Assembly: GCA_035471925.1 (NCBI GenBank)
Contig: DATIPO010000065.1
Span: forward strand, 9,340-73,339
From: Acidobacteriota bacterium
Lineage (GTDB): Bacteria; Acidobacteriota; UBA6911; RPQK01; DATIPO01
Length of the DNA stretch: 64,000 nucleotides
Direction: 5' to 3'
Position 1 is the first letter of the stretch. Each line of letters begins with the position of its first letter. A program made the position numbers and the translations under genes. Below, piece by piece: positions 36,249 to 46,116 of this stretch. The notes beneath the pieces are model-generated. The model searched no databases, was not told the origin of the DNA, and saw only the letters and a list, made by a program, of their open reading frames with translations.

Positions 36249-37376
36249 ATGAAGTGGCTACGAGTCCGAATTCGTGAACATGAAGTGGGGCTGCGGTTCC
36301 GTTACGGTAACTTCGACCGGCTCTTGAAGCCGGGCGCGTACTGGAACTTCGGCGCCTTGCTGGGCGTCAGCCGAATCGAGGTGGTCAACCGCCTGCGGAC
36401 GCGCTTCCAGCATGAACTCTTGGATCTCATCACCCGTCGGGAGGAGGTCGAGAAGGACCTCCTGATCGTCCGCCTGGGCGAGCGTCAGCGCGCCTTGCTG
36501 TGGCAGGACGGCCGGCTGGCCGAGATCCTGGGACGCGGGCTGCACGCCTTTTGGCGCCAGCCCTACGAACTGAAGGTCGAGATCTTCGAGATCGACGAGT
36601 TTTGGTTCCGTCACCCCAAGCTGGAATCGATTGTCGCCTCTCCCTTCGGGAAGGTCTTCCTGGAGAGCATCCAGGTCGACTCCAACCAGACGGGGCTGTT
36701 CTTCCGCGACGGACGTATGTTGGAGCCGCTGCAAGCGGGCCTGCACGTCTACTGGAAGGAGACCGGCCGCGTCCGCTTCCAGATCGTCGATCTGCGTGAG
36801 CAGGTGGCCGAAGTGGCGGGTCAGGAGATCATGACCTCCGATAAGGTCACCTTGCGCGTCAACCTGGTTGTGACCTACCAGGTGACCGATCCGCTCAAGG
36901 CGGCCAGCGTGGTCAGCGACTACCAGCAGTCTCTCTACCGGGAGGCTCAGTTGGTGCTGCGGGCTGCGGTGGGGACGCGCAAGATCGACGCTTTGCTGGC
37001 CGATAAGGAATCGGTGGGCGGAGAGGTCCGAAAGGCCCTGTCCCGCCGGGCCGAGACTTTCGGCGTGGCCGTGCGTACGGTGGGTTTGCGCGACATCGTC
37101 CTGCCGGGCGACATGAAGCTGATCCTCAACCAGGTCATCGAAGCCCAGAAGCAGGCCGAAGCCAACCTGGTGCGGCGCCGCGAGGAAACCGCAGCGGCTC
37201 GTAGCCAGGCCAACACGGCCAAGCTCCTGGCCTCCAACCCGCTGTTGGTGCGGATGAAGGAATTGGAAAGCCTGCAGGAAATCCTGGCCGGCACCAAGAC
37301 CACCTTCATTCTGGGTTCCGGCGACCTCTCCGGGCAGATCCAATCTCTGCTCAAGTCCTCGGTGGAGGACGAATAA
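36249..37376 (+). CDS. SPFH/Band 7 (stomatin/HflC-like) domain protein
   Basis: Start MKWLRVRIREHEVGLRF with RBS gagaaaggag; an SPFH core followed by a C-terminal coiled coil. The upstream in-frame extension is GC-rich noise. Confidence 0.8.
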   Translation: MKWLRVRIREHEVGLRFRYGNFDRLLKPGAYWNFGALLGVSRIEVVNRLRTRFQHELLDLITRREEVEKDLLIVRLGERQRALLWQDGRLAEILGRGLHAFWRQPYELKVEIFEIDEFWFRHPKLESIVASPFGKVFLESIQVDSNQTGLFFRDGRMLEPLQAGLHVYWKETGRVRFQIVDLREQVAEVAGQEIMTSDKVTLRVNLVVTYQVTDPLKAASVVSDYQQSLYREAQLVLRAAVGTRKIDALLADKESVGGEVRKALSRRAETFGVAVRTVGLRDIVLPGDMKLILNQVIEAQKQAEANLVRRREETAAARSQANTAKLLASNPLLVRMKELESLQEILAGTKTTFILGSGDLSGQIQSLLKSSVEDE

Positions 37377-37537
37377 TCGCGTCCGGGGACCGTCCAAACC
37401 GGGCGGTCCCCTGGCAGATCGATGGTTCCTGTTATGCTGATCGGCGGTTCCGTTTTCAGACCTGTCTTCCGGCCGATTCGGAAGAAACGAGGCCGCTATG
37501 TTTGGTTTCGTCCAGACCCTTGGTTAAAATTCGGGCC

Positions 37538-38890
37538 ATGGACGAGGCGCTGACCGCTCACCGCTTCCACTTCGCCTTTACGGTGGCCTACCACTACATC
37601 TTTCCCCAACTGACCATGGGGCTTTCGCTGCTGATTCTGGTGCTCAAGACCATGCACCTCCGCGGCGACCAGGAGGCCGGCCGCGCGGCCCGTTTCTGGA
37701 TCAAGATCCTCGCCATCTCCTTCGTCATGGGGGTCGTCACCGGCATCCCCATGGAATTCCAGTTCGGCACCAACTGGAGCCGCTTTTCCCAGGCCGCCGG
37801 GGGCGTGATAGGACAGACGCTGGCCATGGAAGGCGTCTTCGCCTTTTTTCTGGAGTCGGCTTTTCTCTACGTGTTGGTCTTTCAGGAGAAGCGTCTCAGC
37901 GCCCGGGGCCATTGGACGGCCGCCTTGCTTGTTTTCATCGGCACTTGGCTAAGCGGGTTCTTCATCACCTGCACCAACGCCTGGATGCAGCATCCTGTGG
38001 GCTACCGGGTCACCTCTGGAGGCGTGATCGAACTGGAGAGCCTGACGGCCATGCTGACCAATCCCTGGGCTTTTGCCGAGTACAGCCATACCATGATCGG
38101 ATCGGTCATCACGGCCAGTTTCACCATGGCCTCCATCGGGGCTTTCTACCTGCTGCGCGGCCAGCATGAGAGGGTGGCTCGGCGCTTTGTCTCGGTGGCC
38201 GTTGTGGCGGGATTGATCGCCAGCATCACGGCCGCCTTTCCCACCGGGGACATCCAAGCCAAGATGGTCCACCGCCATCAGCCGGTCACTTTCGCGGCCA
38301 TGGAAGGTCACTTCAAGACCGAGGAGGGCGCCGGATTGGTCCTGGTGGGACAGCCCGACTTGGAGGAGATGGAACTCGACAACCCCATCGTCCTGCCCCG
38401 CATCCTGTCTTTTCTCACCCACGCCCGCTGGGACTCGGAGATCACAGGACTTACCGACTTTCCCCGCGAGGAGTGGCCCGACAACGTGGCCCTGCTTTAT
38501 TACGCCTATCACATCATGGCTGGACTGGGGACCATCTTCATCGCCACCATGCTGGCCGGCGCCTTCTTCTTGTGGCGCGGGACCCTGGCCCGCCAGCGAT
38601 GGTTGCTGTGGATCTTGCTGCTCTCCTTGCCCCTGCCCTTCATCGCCAACACCGCCGGCTGGATGACCGCCGAACTGGGACGCCAGCCCTGGCTCATCCA
38701 CGGGCTGATGCGCACCGCCGAGGGCTATTCCAGCCATGTCTCAGCGGGCAACGCCCTCTTTACCCTGCTGGGCTTCATGGGGCTTTACGTAATGCTTTCG
38801 GCGCTCTTCTTCTTCACTACCACCCGCATCATCGCCGCCGGACCGGACGAGGCGGTCGACGGAGCATCCCCAAGCGAGGTTGAAGACTGA
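37538..38890 (+). CDS. cydA: cytochrome bd ubiquinol oxidase subunit I
   Basis: MDEALTAHRFHFAFTVAYHYIFPQLTMGLS..., with the Q-loop and heme-ligating region present. Confidence 0.9.
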   Translation: MDEALTAHRFHFAFTVAYHYIFPQLTMGLSLLILVLKTMHLRGDQEAGRAARFWIKILAISFVMGVVTGIPMEFQFGTNWSRFSQAAGGVIGQTLAMEGVFAFFLESAFLYVLVFQEKRLSARGHWTAALLVFIGTWLSGFFITCTNAWMQHPVGYRVTSGGVIELESLTAMLTNPWAFAEYSHTMIGSVITASFTMASIGAFYLLRGQHERVARRFVSVAVVAGLIASITAAFPTGDIQAKMVHRHQPVTFAAMEGHFKTEEGAGLVLVGQPDLEEMELDNPIVLPRILSFLTHARWDSEITGLTDFPREEWPDNVALLYYAYHIMAGLGTIFIATMLAGAFFLWRGTLARQRWLLWILLLSLPLPFIANTAGWMTAELGRQPWLIHGLMRTAEGYSSHVSAGNALFTLLGFMGLYVMLSALFFFTTTRIIAAGPDEAVDGASPSEVED

Positions 38891-39963
38891 TGGAAACGCT
38901 CTGGTTCTGCCTGCTGGCCTGGATGCTGGCCACTTACGTGGTCCTCGACGGATTCGACCTGGGTGCCGGACTGCTGCACCCCTTCGTGGCCCGCACCGAG
39001 GCCGAGCGCCAACAGATCGTGCGCAGCTTGGGTCCCGTCTGGGACGGCAACGAAGTGTGGCTGCTGGCCGCCGGAGGAACCATGTTTCTGGCCTTCCCCA
39101 CCTTGCTGGGCACGGCCTTCAGCGGATTCTATCTGCCGCTCATGATTGTCCTCTGGCTGCTCATCTTCCGGGCGCTGGGCATCGAGCTTCGCCACCAACT
39201 CCACGACTCGATGTGGACGCAGTTCTGGGATTATGCCTTCGCCGTCTCCAGCTTCTTGCTGGCCGTGTGTTTCGGCGCCGCCTTGGGCAACGTGGTGCGG
39301 GGCGTGCCTTTGGGTCCCGACGGGACTTTCTTCGAGCCGCTTTGGACCGACTTCAGGGTGGGTGCCCGAACCGGCATTCTCGACTGGTACACCGTCCTCA
39401 TCGGACTCACCGCCGTCGCCGCCTTGGCTCAGCATGGCGCCTTGTGGCTGGCTTCCCGCACCGACGGGCCGGTGCAGGAGCGTTCTCGCCGGCTGGTTTC
39501 CCGGCTGTGGCCGCTGACCATCGTCTTGGCCCTGCTCACGACTATCGCCACCTTCTCCGTCCAGCCGTTGATCGTCCAAAGCCTCTCGGACCGTCCATGG
39601 GGAGTCGTCTTTGCCTTGTTGGCCGCCGGCGGACTGGCCGGCATCTACGCCTTCCGCCGCCGCGCCGTCGCCGAGTCGACCGAGGAGTCCAAGCGCCGCG
39701 CCAGTCTGCGCGCCTTTCTCTCTTCGGCGGCCTTCCTCTACGGGATGCTGGCGTTGGTAGGCGTGGGCCTCTACCCCTACCTTCTGCCCGCCCGCGATCC
39801 GGCGCTGGGACTCACCGCTCAAACCGCCGCAGCCGGAGGCGCCGGACTCACGACTGCCCTCTATTGGTGGATCCCGGGCATGATCTTGGCCGTAGGCTAT
39901 TTCACCTACCTCTACGGGTCGCTTCCCTCCTGCTTCTCCGTCCACGACCCCGGAGAACACTGA
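38890..39963 (+). CDS. cydB: cytochrome bd ubiquinol oxidase subunit II
   Basis: METLWFCLLAWMLATYVVLDGFDLGAGLL...; TGATG overlap with cydA. Confidence 0.9.
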   Translation: METLWFCLLAWMLATYVVLDGFDLGAGLLHPFVARTEAERQQIVRSLGPVWDGNEVWLLAAGGTMFLAFPTLLGTAFSGFYLPLMIVLWLLIFRALGIELRHQLHDSMWTQFWDYAFAVSSFLLAVCFGAALGNVVRGVPLGPDGTFFEPLWTDFRVGARTGILDWYTVLIGLTAVAALAQHGALWLASRTDGPVQERSRRLVSRLWPLTIVLALLTTIATFSVQPLIVQSLSDRPWGVVFALLAAGGLAGIYAFRRRAVAESTEESKRRASLRAFLSSAAFLYGMLALVGVGLYPYLLPARDPALGLTAQTAAAGGAGLTTALYWWIPGMILAVGYFTYLYGSLPSCFSVHDPGEH

Positions 39964-40064
39964 GGAATGAACCCGCTGGGTGCGGGGCAGACCGCATCCT
40001 GCAAGAGCGACGGGGGCCCTCCGTCGAAGCGTCAGCTCGGCACCCTACATGGTAAGATCTCATC

Positions 40065-40265
40065 ATGGTCGGATCGATTTCGCATGACCGGCAGGAAGAG
40101 AGCCTGGAAGCCAAAGCGCGGTGGTTTCAATCGCTTGCGCTTGAGGAACGGATGGAACTGCTGTGCGAATACACCGACCTCGTGCTGGAGAACAATCCCC
40201 GCGCCGCCGAGGTAGACCGTGCTCAACCGTCTTCAGACCGTGTTCGCGTCCTTACGCTCTCATGA
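40065..40265 (+). CDS. small hypothetical protein (66 aa) overlapping the start of the nucleotidyltransferase gene
   Basis: ORF ...EESLEAKARWFQSLALEERMELLCEYTDLVLEN...; no recognisable motif; ~45-nt out-of-frame overlap with the next gene. Confidence 0.35.
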   Translation: MVGSISHDRQEESLEAKARWFQSLALEERMELLCEYTDLVLENNPRAAEVDRAQPSSDRVRVLTLS

Positions 40266-40671
40266 TGTCCGCTACTTGATCATCGGAGGCATCGCCGCAG
40301 TGCTGCACGGCGTCCCCCGGGCGACTTTCGACTTGGACATTCTGATCGAGGCCAGCCGGGAGAATGCCGAGGCCCTCCTCGATGCACTCCGCGAAGCTGG
40401 CCTCGGAACAGCCAACCTGATCGATTCTGAAGAGCTTCTGGATAACGAAATCACTGTTTTTAAAGACCGAATGAGGATCGATGTCCTAACCGCAGCACCC
40501 GGTATCCGTTTCGCCGAGGCGTGGGCGCGACGCGAGGTTATGCAATACAGGAAGCAGGAGTTGAACGTGGCGTCACGTCACGACGTCATCGCTTCAAAGA
40601 AAGCAGCCGGCCGCGCCAAAGACTTGGAGGATGCTCGAATCCTCAGCCTTGGCGATGACAGGCCGACCTGA
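40220..40671 (+). CDS. minimal nucleotidyltransferase (pol-beta superfamily MNT-like) protein
   Basis: N-terminal YLIIGGIAAVLHGVPRATFDLDILIE gives the hG[GS]...[DE]h[DE]h signature. GTG start. Confidence 0.6.
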
Positions 40672-40695
40672 CCTGATCTTCTTGCCCCCCACCCA

Positions 40696-41952
40696 CTACT
40701 GCTGCTCGGCGGACACTTCCAGACTGCGGCTGGCCAAGACTTCGCGCTTGCGCACGTAGCGGACCTCGTATTGGCCGGGGGCGCTGGGAGCGAAGAGCGT
40801 AGCCGGGTTGCCGGCACTGCTCAAGGCGCGGCTCTCGTAGGAGTTGGCCGGCTCGTCCTTCTTGGCGATGGCGATGAAGTCTCCTTGGTCGTTGGGTCCC
40901 GTCCAAGTCACTTCGATCGTTGAACTGGGCGCCGCCTTTTCGGGAGCGTCCAGGCTGGCGCTGATGGGTTTCACCAGCAGGGGACGTTTGGCCAAAGTCT
41001 GCTTGGACTGCGACAGCACATAGCGGATTTCATACTGGCCCGGCGTCTCAGGCCCGCGCACGGTGAGAGGGCTGCCTTGGCGCGTGTACGTGTATTTCCC
41101 TGATGTGCCCTCGGGACTGCCCGACTCCACTATGGCGATGTAGTCGTTGTGGTTGTCGGGGCCCGTCCAGGTCACTTCGACCGGCACCTCCACCATGCTC
41201 TCTTCTGGCGCGGTCAAGCTGGCTTCCACAGCCGTCACCTCGATGGGAACGCTGGCCAGCGTGCGCTTGGACTGCGACATCACATAGCGGACTTCATAAT
41301 CGCCCGGCGTTTCCGCGGCTCGGATTTCCAAGGGACTGCCTCTGCGGGTGTAGGTGTAGTCCTCATGCGCGCCTTCGTCCGCAGCGGCGGGGACCACCGT
41401 GATGTAGTCGTTGTGATTGTCGGGACCCGTCCAGGTCACCGCGAAAGTGGCCCCTGCCCCCACCTGCTCAGGAGCCTCCAACGTGGCCTCCACCTCCGTC
41501 ACGGTCAAGGGGGCGCTGACCAGCGTTTCCTTGGTGGCGTTGGACACGTAGCGGACTTCGTACTCGCCGGGACTCTCGGAAACCGTCAACTCCAGAGGAG
41601 TGCCGTTGCGCGTGTAAGTGTAGTCTTGATGGGTGCCCTGTGCGGCGCCCTTCTCGACCACCGTGATGTAGTCGTTTTTTTCGTCCGGCCCCGTCCAGGC
41701 CACTTGAATGGCCGATCCCGCCGGAGCTTCCGCGGGCGTCTCAAGAGTCGCCTCCTCGCCCTCGGTGGTCACGGATTCCACTTGGGCGGGCGCGTCCGCC
41801 GAGTCGGACGGTGCATCTGACGGGGTGCCTTCGCCAGAAGTCGCCTCGGACCCAGCTCCCGCCTCGGCTTCCTCGGCGGGCTCTCCTCCGCCGCAGGCCG
41901 AGAAAACCAGAACCGCGGCACACAAAAGAACAACACAGCGCAACTTAGTCAT
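40696..41952 (-). CDS. lipoprotein with four tandem ~75-aa repeats
   Basis: Signal plus lipobox (LVFSAC). Repeats of VTWTGPDNHNDYITVV...YTYTRxGSPLxxRxPETPGxYEVRYV occur four times. Confidence 0.7.
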   Translation of the reverse strand: MTKLRCVVLLCAAVLVFSACGGGEPAEEAEAGAGSEATSGEGTPSDAPSDSADAPAQVESVTTEGEEATLETPAEAPAGSAIQVAWTGPDEKNDYITVVEKGAAQGTHQDYTYTRNGTPLELTVSESPGEYEVRYVSNATKETLVSAPLTVTEVEATLEAPEQVGAGATFAVTWTGPDNHNDYITVVPAAADEGAHEDYTYTRRGSPLEIRAAETPGDYEVRYVMSQSKRTLASVPIEVTAVEASLTAPEESMVEVPVEVTWTGPDNHNDYIAIVESGSPEGTSGKYTYTRQGSPLTVRGPETPGQYEIRYVLSQSKQTLAKRPLLVKPISASLDAPEKAAPSSTIEVTWTGPNDQGDFIAIAKKDEPANSYESRALSSAGNPATLFAPSAPGQYEVRYVRKREVLASRSLEVSAEQQ

Positions 41953-42188
41953 AAATCACCTTCCCTAGGCTCTAGCGATGTCTGAAAAATCTGCAAGTGC
42001 ACAGTGTATCGGGCGGAACCCCGTCCGGCAAAGTCCCCTTACCCAGACTCACCGCGTCAAGATTCGCTGAAACCGATGAAGGACGAAATGCCGGGGCCCT
42101 AGGTTGCCTCGATCCGGCCCATTCCGAATCCCGCCGACAGAGACAAGGAATTGTCGGCCTGGGAGCGCTTTCTCGCATCTCACAGCGG

Positions 42189-42728
42189 ATGAGACCGAGT
42201 CGGATCGTTGGCGCTTGTCTTTTTCTGCTTCTCTTCCATGGATGCCGACTGCTGCTCCATCCCCATGGCGGGCGTGGGTCAACCAAGTCAGATGTTGCCC
42301 TTGTCCAGATCCAAGAATTGGCTGGGGCCCTGGAGCTCTTCCACTTCGACACTGGACGCTATCCCACAAGCGAAGAAGGGCTGAAGGCATTGATCGACGG
42401 CCGAGGCACTGAAGGCTGGATGGGCCCATACCTGAACAAGGAGAGTTTGCCGGCCGATCCTTGGGGCAGCGACTACATCTATCGTCGTCCTGGTCGTTCA
42501 GGGGACTATGACTTGATGAGTCTGGGGGCCGACGGCCAAGCGGGCGGCGTCAGGGAAGGCGCCGATATCATTCTGGGCCAGCCATGGCCGCCCGATCCTC
42601 CCGTCTGGCGTCAGTTGTTGGGCTGGCGGTGGTGGATTCTCCACTCTGTCCTCCTTCTGCTCTATTTCCTGACAACAGCGACGGTCGCGGCTTGCACCCG
42701 TCCCCGGGTACATCCCCCTCCTGCATGA
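42189..42728 (+). CDS. GspG-like (type II secretion pseudopilin) domain protein lacking the canonical prepilin N-terminus
   Basis: SKSDVALVQIQELAGALELFHFDTGRYPTSEEGLKALI...GWMGPYL...PADPWGSDYIYRRPG...GDYDLMSLGADGQAGG matches GspG globular-domain conservation. The N-terminus MRPSRIVGACLFLLLFHGCRLLL has no G-F-T-L-I-E site. There is an extra hydrophobic C-terminal tail. Confidence 0.55.
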   Translation: MRPSRIVGACLFLLLFHGCRLLLHPHGGRGSTKSDVALVQIQELAGALELFHFDTGRYPTSEEGLKALIDGRGTEGWMGPYLNKESLPADPWGSDYIYRRPGRSGDYDLMSLGADGQAGGVREGADIILGQPWPPDPPVWRQLLGWRWWILHSVLLLLYFLTTATVAACTRPRVHPPPA

Positions 42729-42802
42729 TCGGGGACCGGACCAACCGGGTAGGGGCGCAACGTGTTCGCGGCGGCTCGACGGGCGGGGTGGTTTGGGGCA
42801 CA

Positions 42803-43909
42803 ATGCGCTACGGCGTTGTCATGCAAACCTCCACTCTAAAGGCCTATGTGCTGCCGGGACTCGTTTTTCAGTCCGTCGTCATCGCCGGGGGCTACGGCAC
42901 GGGACGCGAGCTGGCCGAGTTTTTTCTCTTTCATGGGCCCATGGAAGGGCTGATGGGCATGCTGCTGGTTTCGACGGTGCTGTGGTCGCTGGTCTGCGCC
43001 GCAACCTTTGAGTTCGCCCGCGCCTTCCAGGCCTACGACTACCGCCGCTTCTTCCAGCATCTGCTGGGGCGCGGCTGGATAGCCTTTGAAATCTGCTACC
43101 TGATTCTGCTGCTGCTGGTGCTGGCCGTGATCGCCTCGGCGGCGGGCAGCATTCTCCAGGAAACCTTTGGACTGCATTACTTGGCCGGAGTGGTGGGGAT
43201 CATGCTGGCCGTCGGATTCCTCGTCTTCAAGGGCAGTTCCGCCATCGAAGGCTTTCTCTCGGTGTGGTCGCTGGTGCTCTACCTGATGTACGCGGCCTTT
43301 CTGGCGGCCTGCTTTTGGTATTTCGGCGACCATATTCGAGAATCCTTTCAGACCCAGCCCCAAGGATGGGGATGGGTCGTCGGCGGGGTCAAATACGCGG
43401 CCTACAACCTGGGCGTGATTCCGGCCGTGCTCTTCGTTATTCGCCACCTCAAGACCCGACGCCAGGCGCTGGGAGCTGGAATGCTGGCCGGCCCCATCGC
43501 CATGATGCCGGGGCTCTTTTTCTACTTGGCCATGGCCTCGCAGTATCCCGAGGTGCTGGAGCGTCCGGTGCCCGCCAACGCCCTGCTGGAGTCGCTGGGA
43601 TCTCCGCTCTTCCAGATCGCTTTCCAGGTGGTCCTCTTCGGGACCCTGATCGAGACCGGCAGCGGCATGATCCACGCGGTCAATGAGCGTGTTTCAAACC
43701 TGCTCCAGGAGCGCCGAAAAGTCATGCCGTCCTGGCAGCGCTTCACCCTGGGAGTCGGGCTGCTTTTTCTGGGCGCGCTGATCGCCCAATACGGCCTTAT
43801 CGGACTCATCGCCCAAGGCTACGGGACCATCACTTGGGGCTTCCTGCTCATCTACGTCATACCCATCCTCACCTGGGGAATCATCAAGCTTCGCCGAGAG
43901 GCGTCCTGA
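42803..43909 (+). CDS. YkvI-like polytopic membrane protein (putative transporter)
   Basis: VVIAGGYGTGRELAEFF resembles the YkvI-family GAGFASGxE motif; ~10 TM segments. Confidence 0.7.
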   Translation: MRYGVVMQTSTLKAYVLPGLVFQSVVIAGGYGTGRELAEFFLFHGPMEGLMGMLLVSTVLWSLVCAATFEFARAFQAYDYRRFFQHLLGRGWIAFEICYLILLLLVLAVIASAAGSILQETFGLHYLAGVVGIMLAVGFLVFKGSSAIEGFLSVWSLVLYLMYAAFLAACFWYFGDHIRESFQTQPQGWGWVVGGVKYAAYNLGVIPAVLFVIRHLKTRRQALGAGMLAGPIAMMPGLFFYLAMASQYPEVLERPVPANALLESLGSPLFQIAFQVVLFGTLIETGSGMIHAVNERVSNLLQERRKVMPSWQRFTLGVGLLFLGALIAQYGLIGLIAQGYGTITWGFLLIYVIPILTWGIIKLRREAS

Positions 43910-43983
43910 GTTTGGCTGACTCGTAGGAGGTAAGGCAACAGGGGGGCGAAATCGTAATGGACGAGGTCGAATCGAGGTTGCGA

Positions 43984-45777
43984 TCAGATCCAGGTCTGAG
44001 TGGAGATTGCGGCCGGAAGCGTTGCGGCTGCCCAGGCTGCCAGAGTCGTCATCGCGGGTCGAAGACGGCGCTTGCGCAGAACCTGCCAGAGGGTGGCCGG
44101 CACACCCAGGACCAGCAGCGTCGCCGCTAAGCTCTCCCAGCCTGCAAAGTCCTCCAGGAACCAGGCTGAGGCCAGCAGCAGGAAGCTGGCGGCCAGCCCG
44201 TTCAACAGCGCCCTCCACCAGGCGATGCGCCGCACCGAACGGTAGAGCGCCGCTGCCAGCCCCCAGCAGACGCCCAGAACCAGGAGAGCACGCAGGATAT
44301 AGGGCATGAGAATCGTCTGGAGACTTAGATCACCTCCCTGCTCCTGCGAGGATCGGAGCTCTTGCATGGCGTCCGACATTCGCCGCAACGCCGTTGCCAT
44401 GGCGTCCGGCAGTCCCGCCTTCTTCTCCAACTCGTCGAGAGAAGAGTAAGGGGCTGTTCTTTGGATTCTGTCGGCAACTTCCAAGCTCATGCCCGGAACT
44501 CCCATCAGGTCGACGAGGGAGGCGGCATTGATGTCGAAGGTGTGGGTTCGGGGCAGGCCCCGATACTGATCGAAGAGGGTGGTCCCCGTCTTGAAGTCGG
44601 GGTTTGCCAGCCAGATTTGGGGGCTGCGCGTCAGGGATTGGCCCAGGAAAACCTCGTTCACCAGTCTGTCCAGCGCCTGGGCCTCCTGAGGGAAGCTTTT
44701 TTTATAGGCCGCAATCAGGGCCATGACGTCCTGGGGCTTGTCGGAATCGAAGACTGAAAAAAGCTTCAAGTAGGCATTCTCCAGGTCCGGCACTTCCTCG
44801 CTCAGCGTGCCGAACCGGGCAAAGAAATCCGGTCCTGAACGCGATTGCCGGATGGTCGAGTCGCTGACCCAACGATAAAACAATGCACTCACCACTCCCT
44901 CGGTGCTGACAAGAATCGAGGAGGGTTTGGCTGGACCTTCCGCTAAGCCGGGAAAGACGCCTTGTATCAGGTAGGCCTCGTAGGGATCTCCACCCCGAAG
45001 GAGCCGGTCCGGGATCCGTGGCTGGCGGGCAAAGGCGTTGGCTTTGACCCAATGGTAGCGCAGCAAATCTTCGGTCTGGCTGAACCAGAAGAGAAAGCGC
45101 ATGCGCGCCGGGGCTCCCGGTGAAAAGTAAGACTCCAAGGCCTGTCGATAGCGATGCAGGTTGTCCACCGCTCTCAGCCGGGACTCTTCGTCGTCGGCCA
45201 GGCGCGCAGTCTCAGGCGGGGCATCGGGAGCGTCCAGGGCCATGATCTGAAAGTGCTCGGCAAATCCTTCATTGAAGGCCACGATGGGGTCGGTGCGCAG
45301 CGCGGTGGCGTGAATCTGGTTGGCCCCTCCGTCGCCCAACTCGCCAATCAATTGGCGAATGAAGACGTGGCCTAGCTCATGGGGAAAGATCTGGTCGACT
45401 GCGCCGAATCGGCCTGTCAGGGGGCTTGACTTGTGGAGATCCACATAGGCCGCCTCGGGTTTCTCCTCACCCTCAAGGATGAAACCGTAGCGCGGAAATC
45501 CGCCCTGGTTCTCGGAAAGGTAGAGGTAGGCCGGCTCGACCTCGATGCCATCGCGCAGCGAGCGGAAGTTTTGAACAAGGCGGTAGAGCCGGACGATGCG
45601 GAGGGGGAAGCCGGAGGAGAGTGTTTGCCGGATGGCCTCGGCCTGTGGGTGATGAGTCAGCACCGGCAGCCCGTTGTGCTCTTCGTCCGTCCCGGTCAGG
45701 ATCACGAGTTGGGGCTGAGCCGCAAGATTGGAGCCGATCCCGACAAGCACGAGGCATGCTGCGAGAAGTGCCCTCAT
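43984..45777 (-). CDS. secreted HExxH zinc-metallopeptidase-like protein with a ComEA-type helix-hairpin-helix and C-terminal TM anchors
   Basis: Signal peptide; HELGHV; HhH motif INAASLVDLMGVPGMSLEVADRI; two C-terminal hydrophobic helices. Confidence 0.65.
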   Translation of the reverse strand: MRALLAACLVLVGIGSNLAAQPQLVILTGTDEEHNGLPVLTHHPQAEAIRQTLSSGFPLRIVRLYRLVQNFRSLRDGIEVEPAYLYLSENQGGFPRYGFILEGEEKPEAAYVDLHKSSPLTGRFGAVDQIFPHELGHVFIRQLIGELGDGGANQIHATALRTDPIVAFNEGFAEHFQIMALDAPDAPPETARLADDEESRLRAVDNLHRYRQALESYFSPGAPARMRFLFWFSQTEDLLRYHWVKANAFARQPRIPDRLLRGGDPYEAYLIQGVFPGLAEGPAKPSSILVSTEGVVSALFYRWVSDSTIRQSRSGPDFFARFGTLSEEVPDLENAYLKLFSVFDSDKPQDVMALIAAYKKSFPQEAQALDRLVNEVFLGQSLTRSPQIWLANPDFKTGTTLFDQYRGLPRTHTFDINAASLVDLMGVPGMSLEVADRIQRTAPYSSLDELEKKAGLPDAMATALRRMSDAMQELRSSQEQGGDLSLQTILMPYILRALLVLGVCWGLAAALYRSVRRIAWWRALLNGLAASFLLLASAWFLEDFAGWESLAATLLVLGVPATLWQVLRKRRLRPAMTTLAAWAAATLPAAISTQTWI

Positions 45778-46116
45778 AACCCTTATGACGGTCGCCGGCC
45801 GCCTTCGTTTAACAGGCGGGGCGAAGAACCGCTACAGCCTGACTGCGTGGGCCCATCCGCAGGGCATCCTCAGTCCGCCGACAATGCCGGTAGCCGCTTG
45901 ATTCGCCTCCCGGAGGCGGCCCGAATCACTCGCACTTCGCAGCCGGCGCAGGATTGATGCGCACGGCAGGGCAGTTCGAGGCCGACCGCCGGCTCCCCCG
46001 GGCCGAAAATAATCCACGACTCACAAGACCGCGTCGGGAGGAGGGATGGGGACAGCCCCCGCGCAGAGACTCGGTCCACGCGGGGGCTCGGATGGTGCGA
46101 GACCAGCGGAGCAGCG

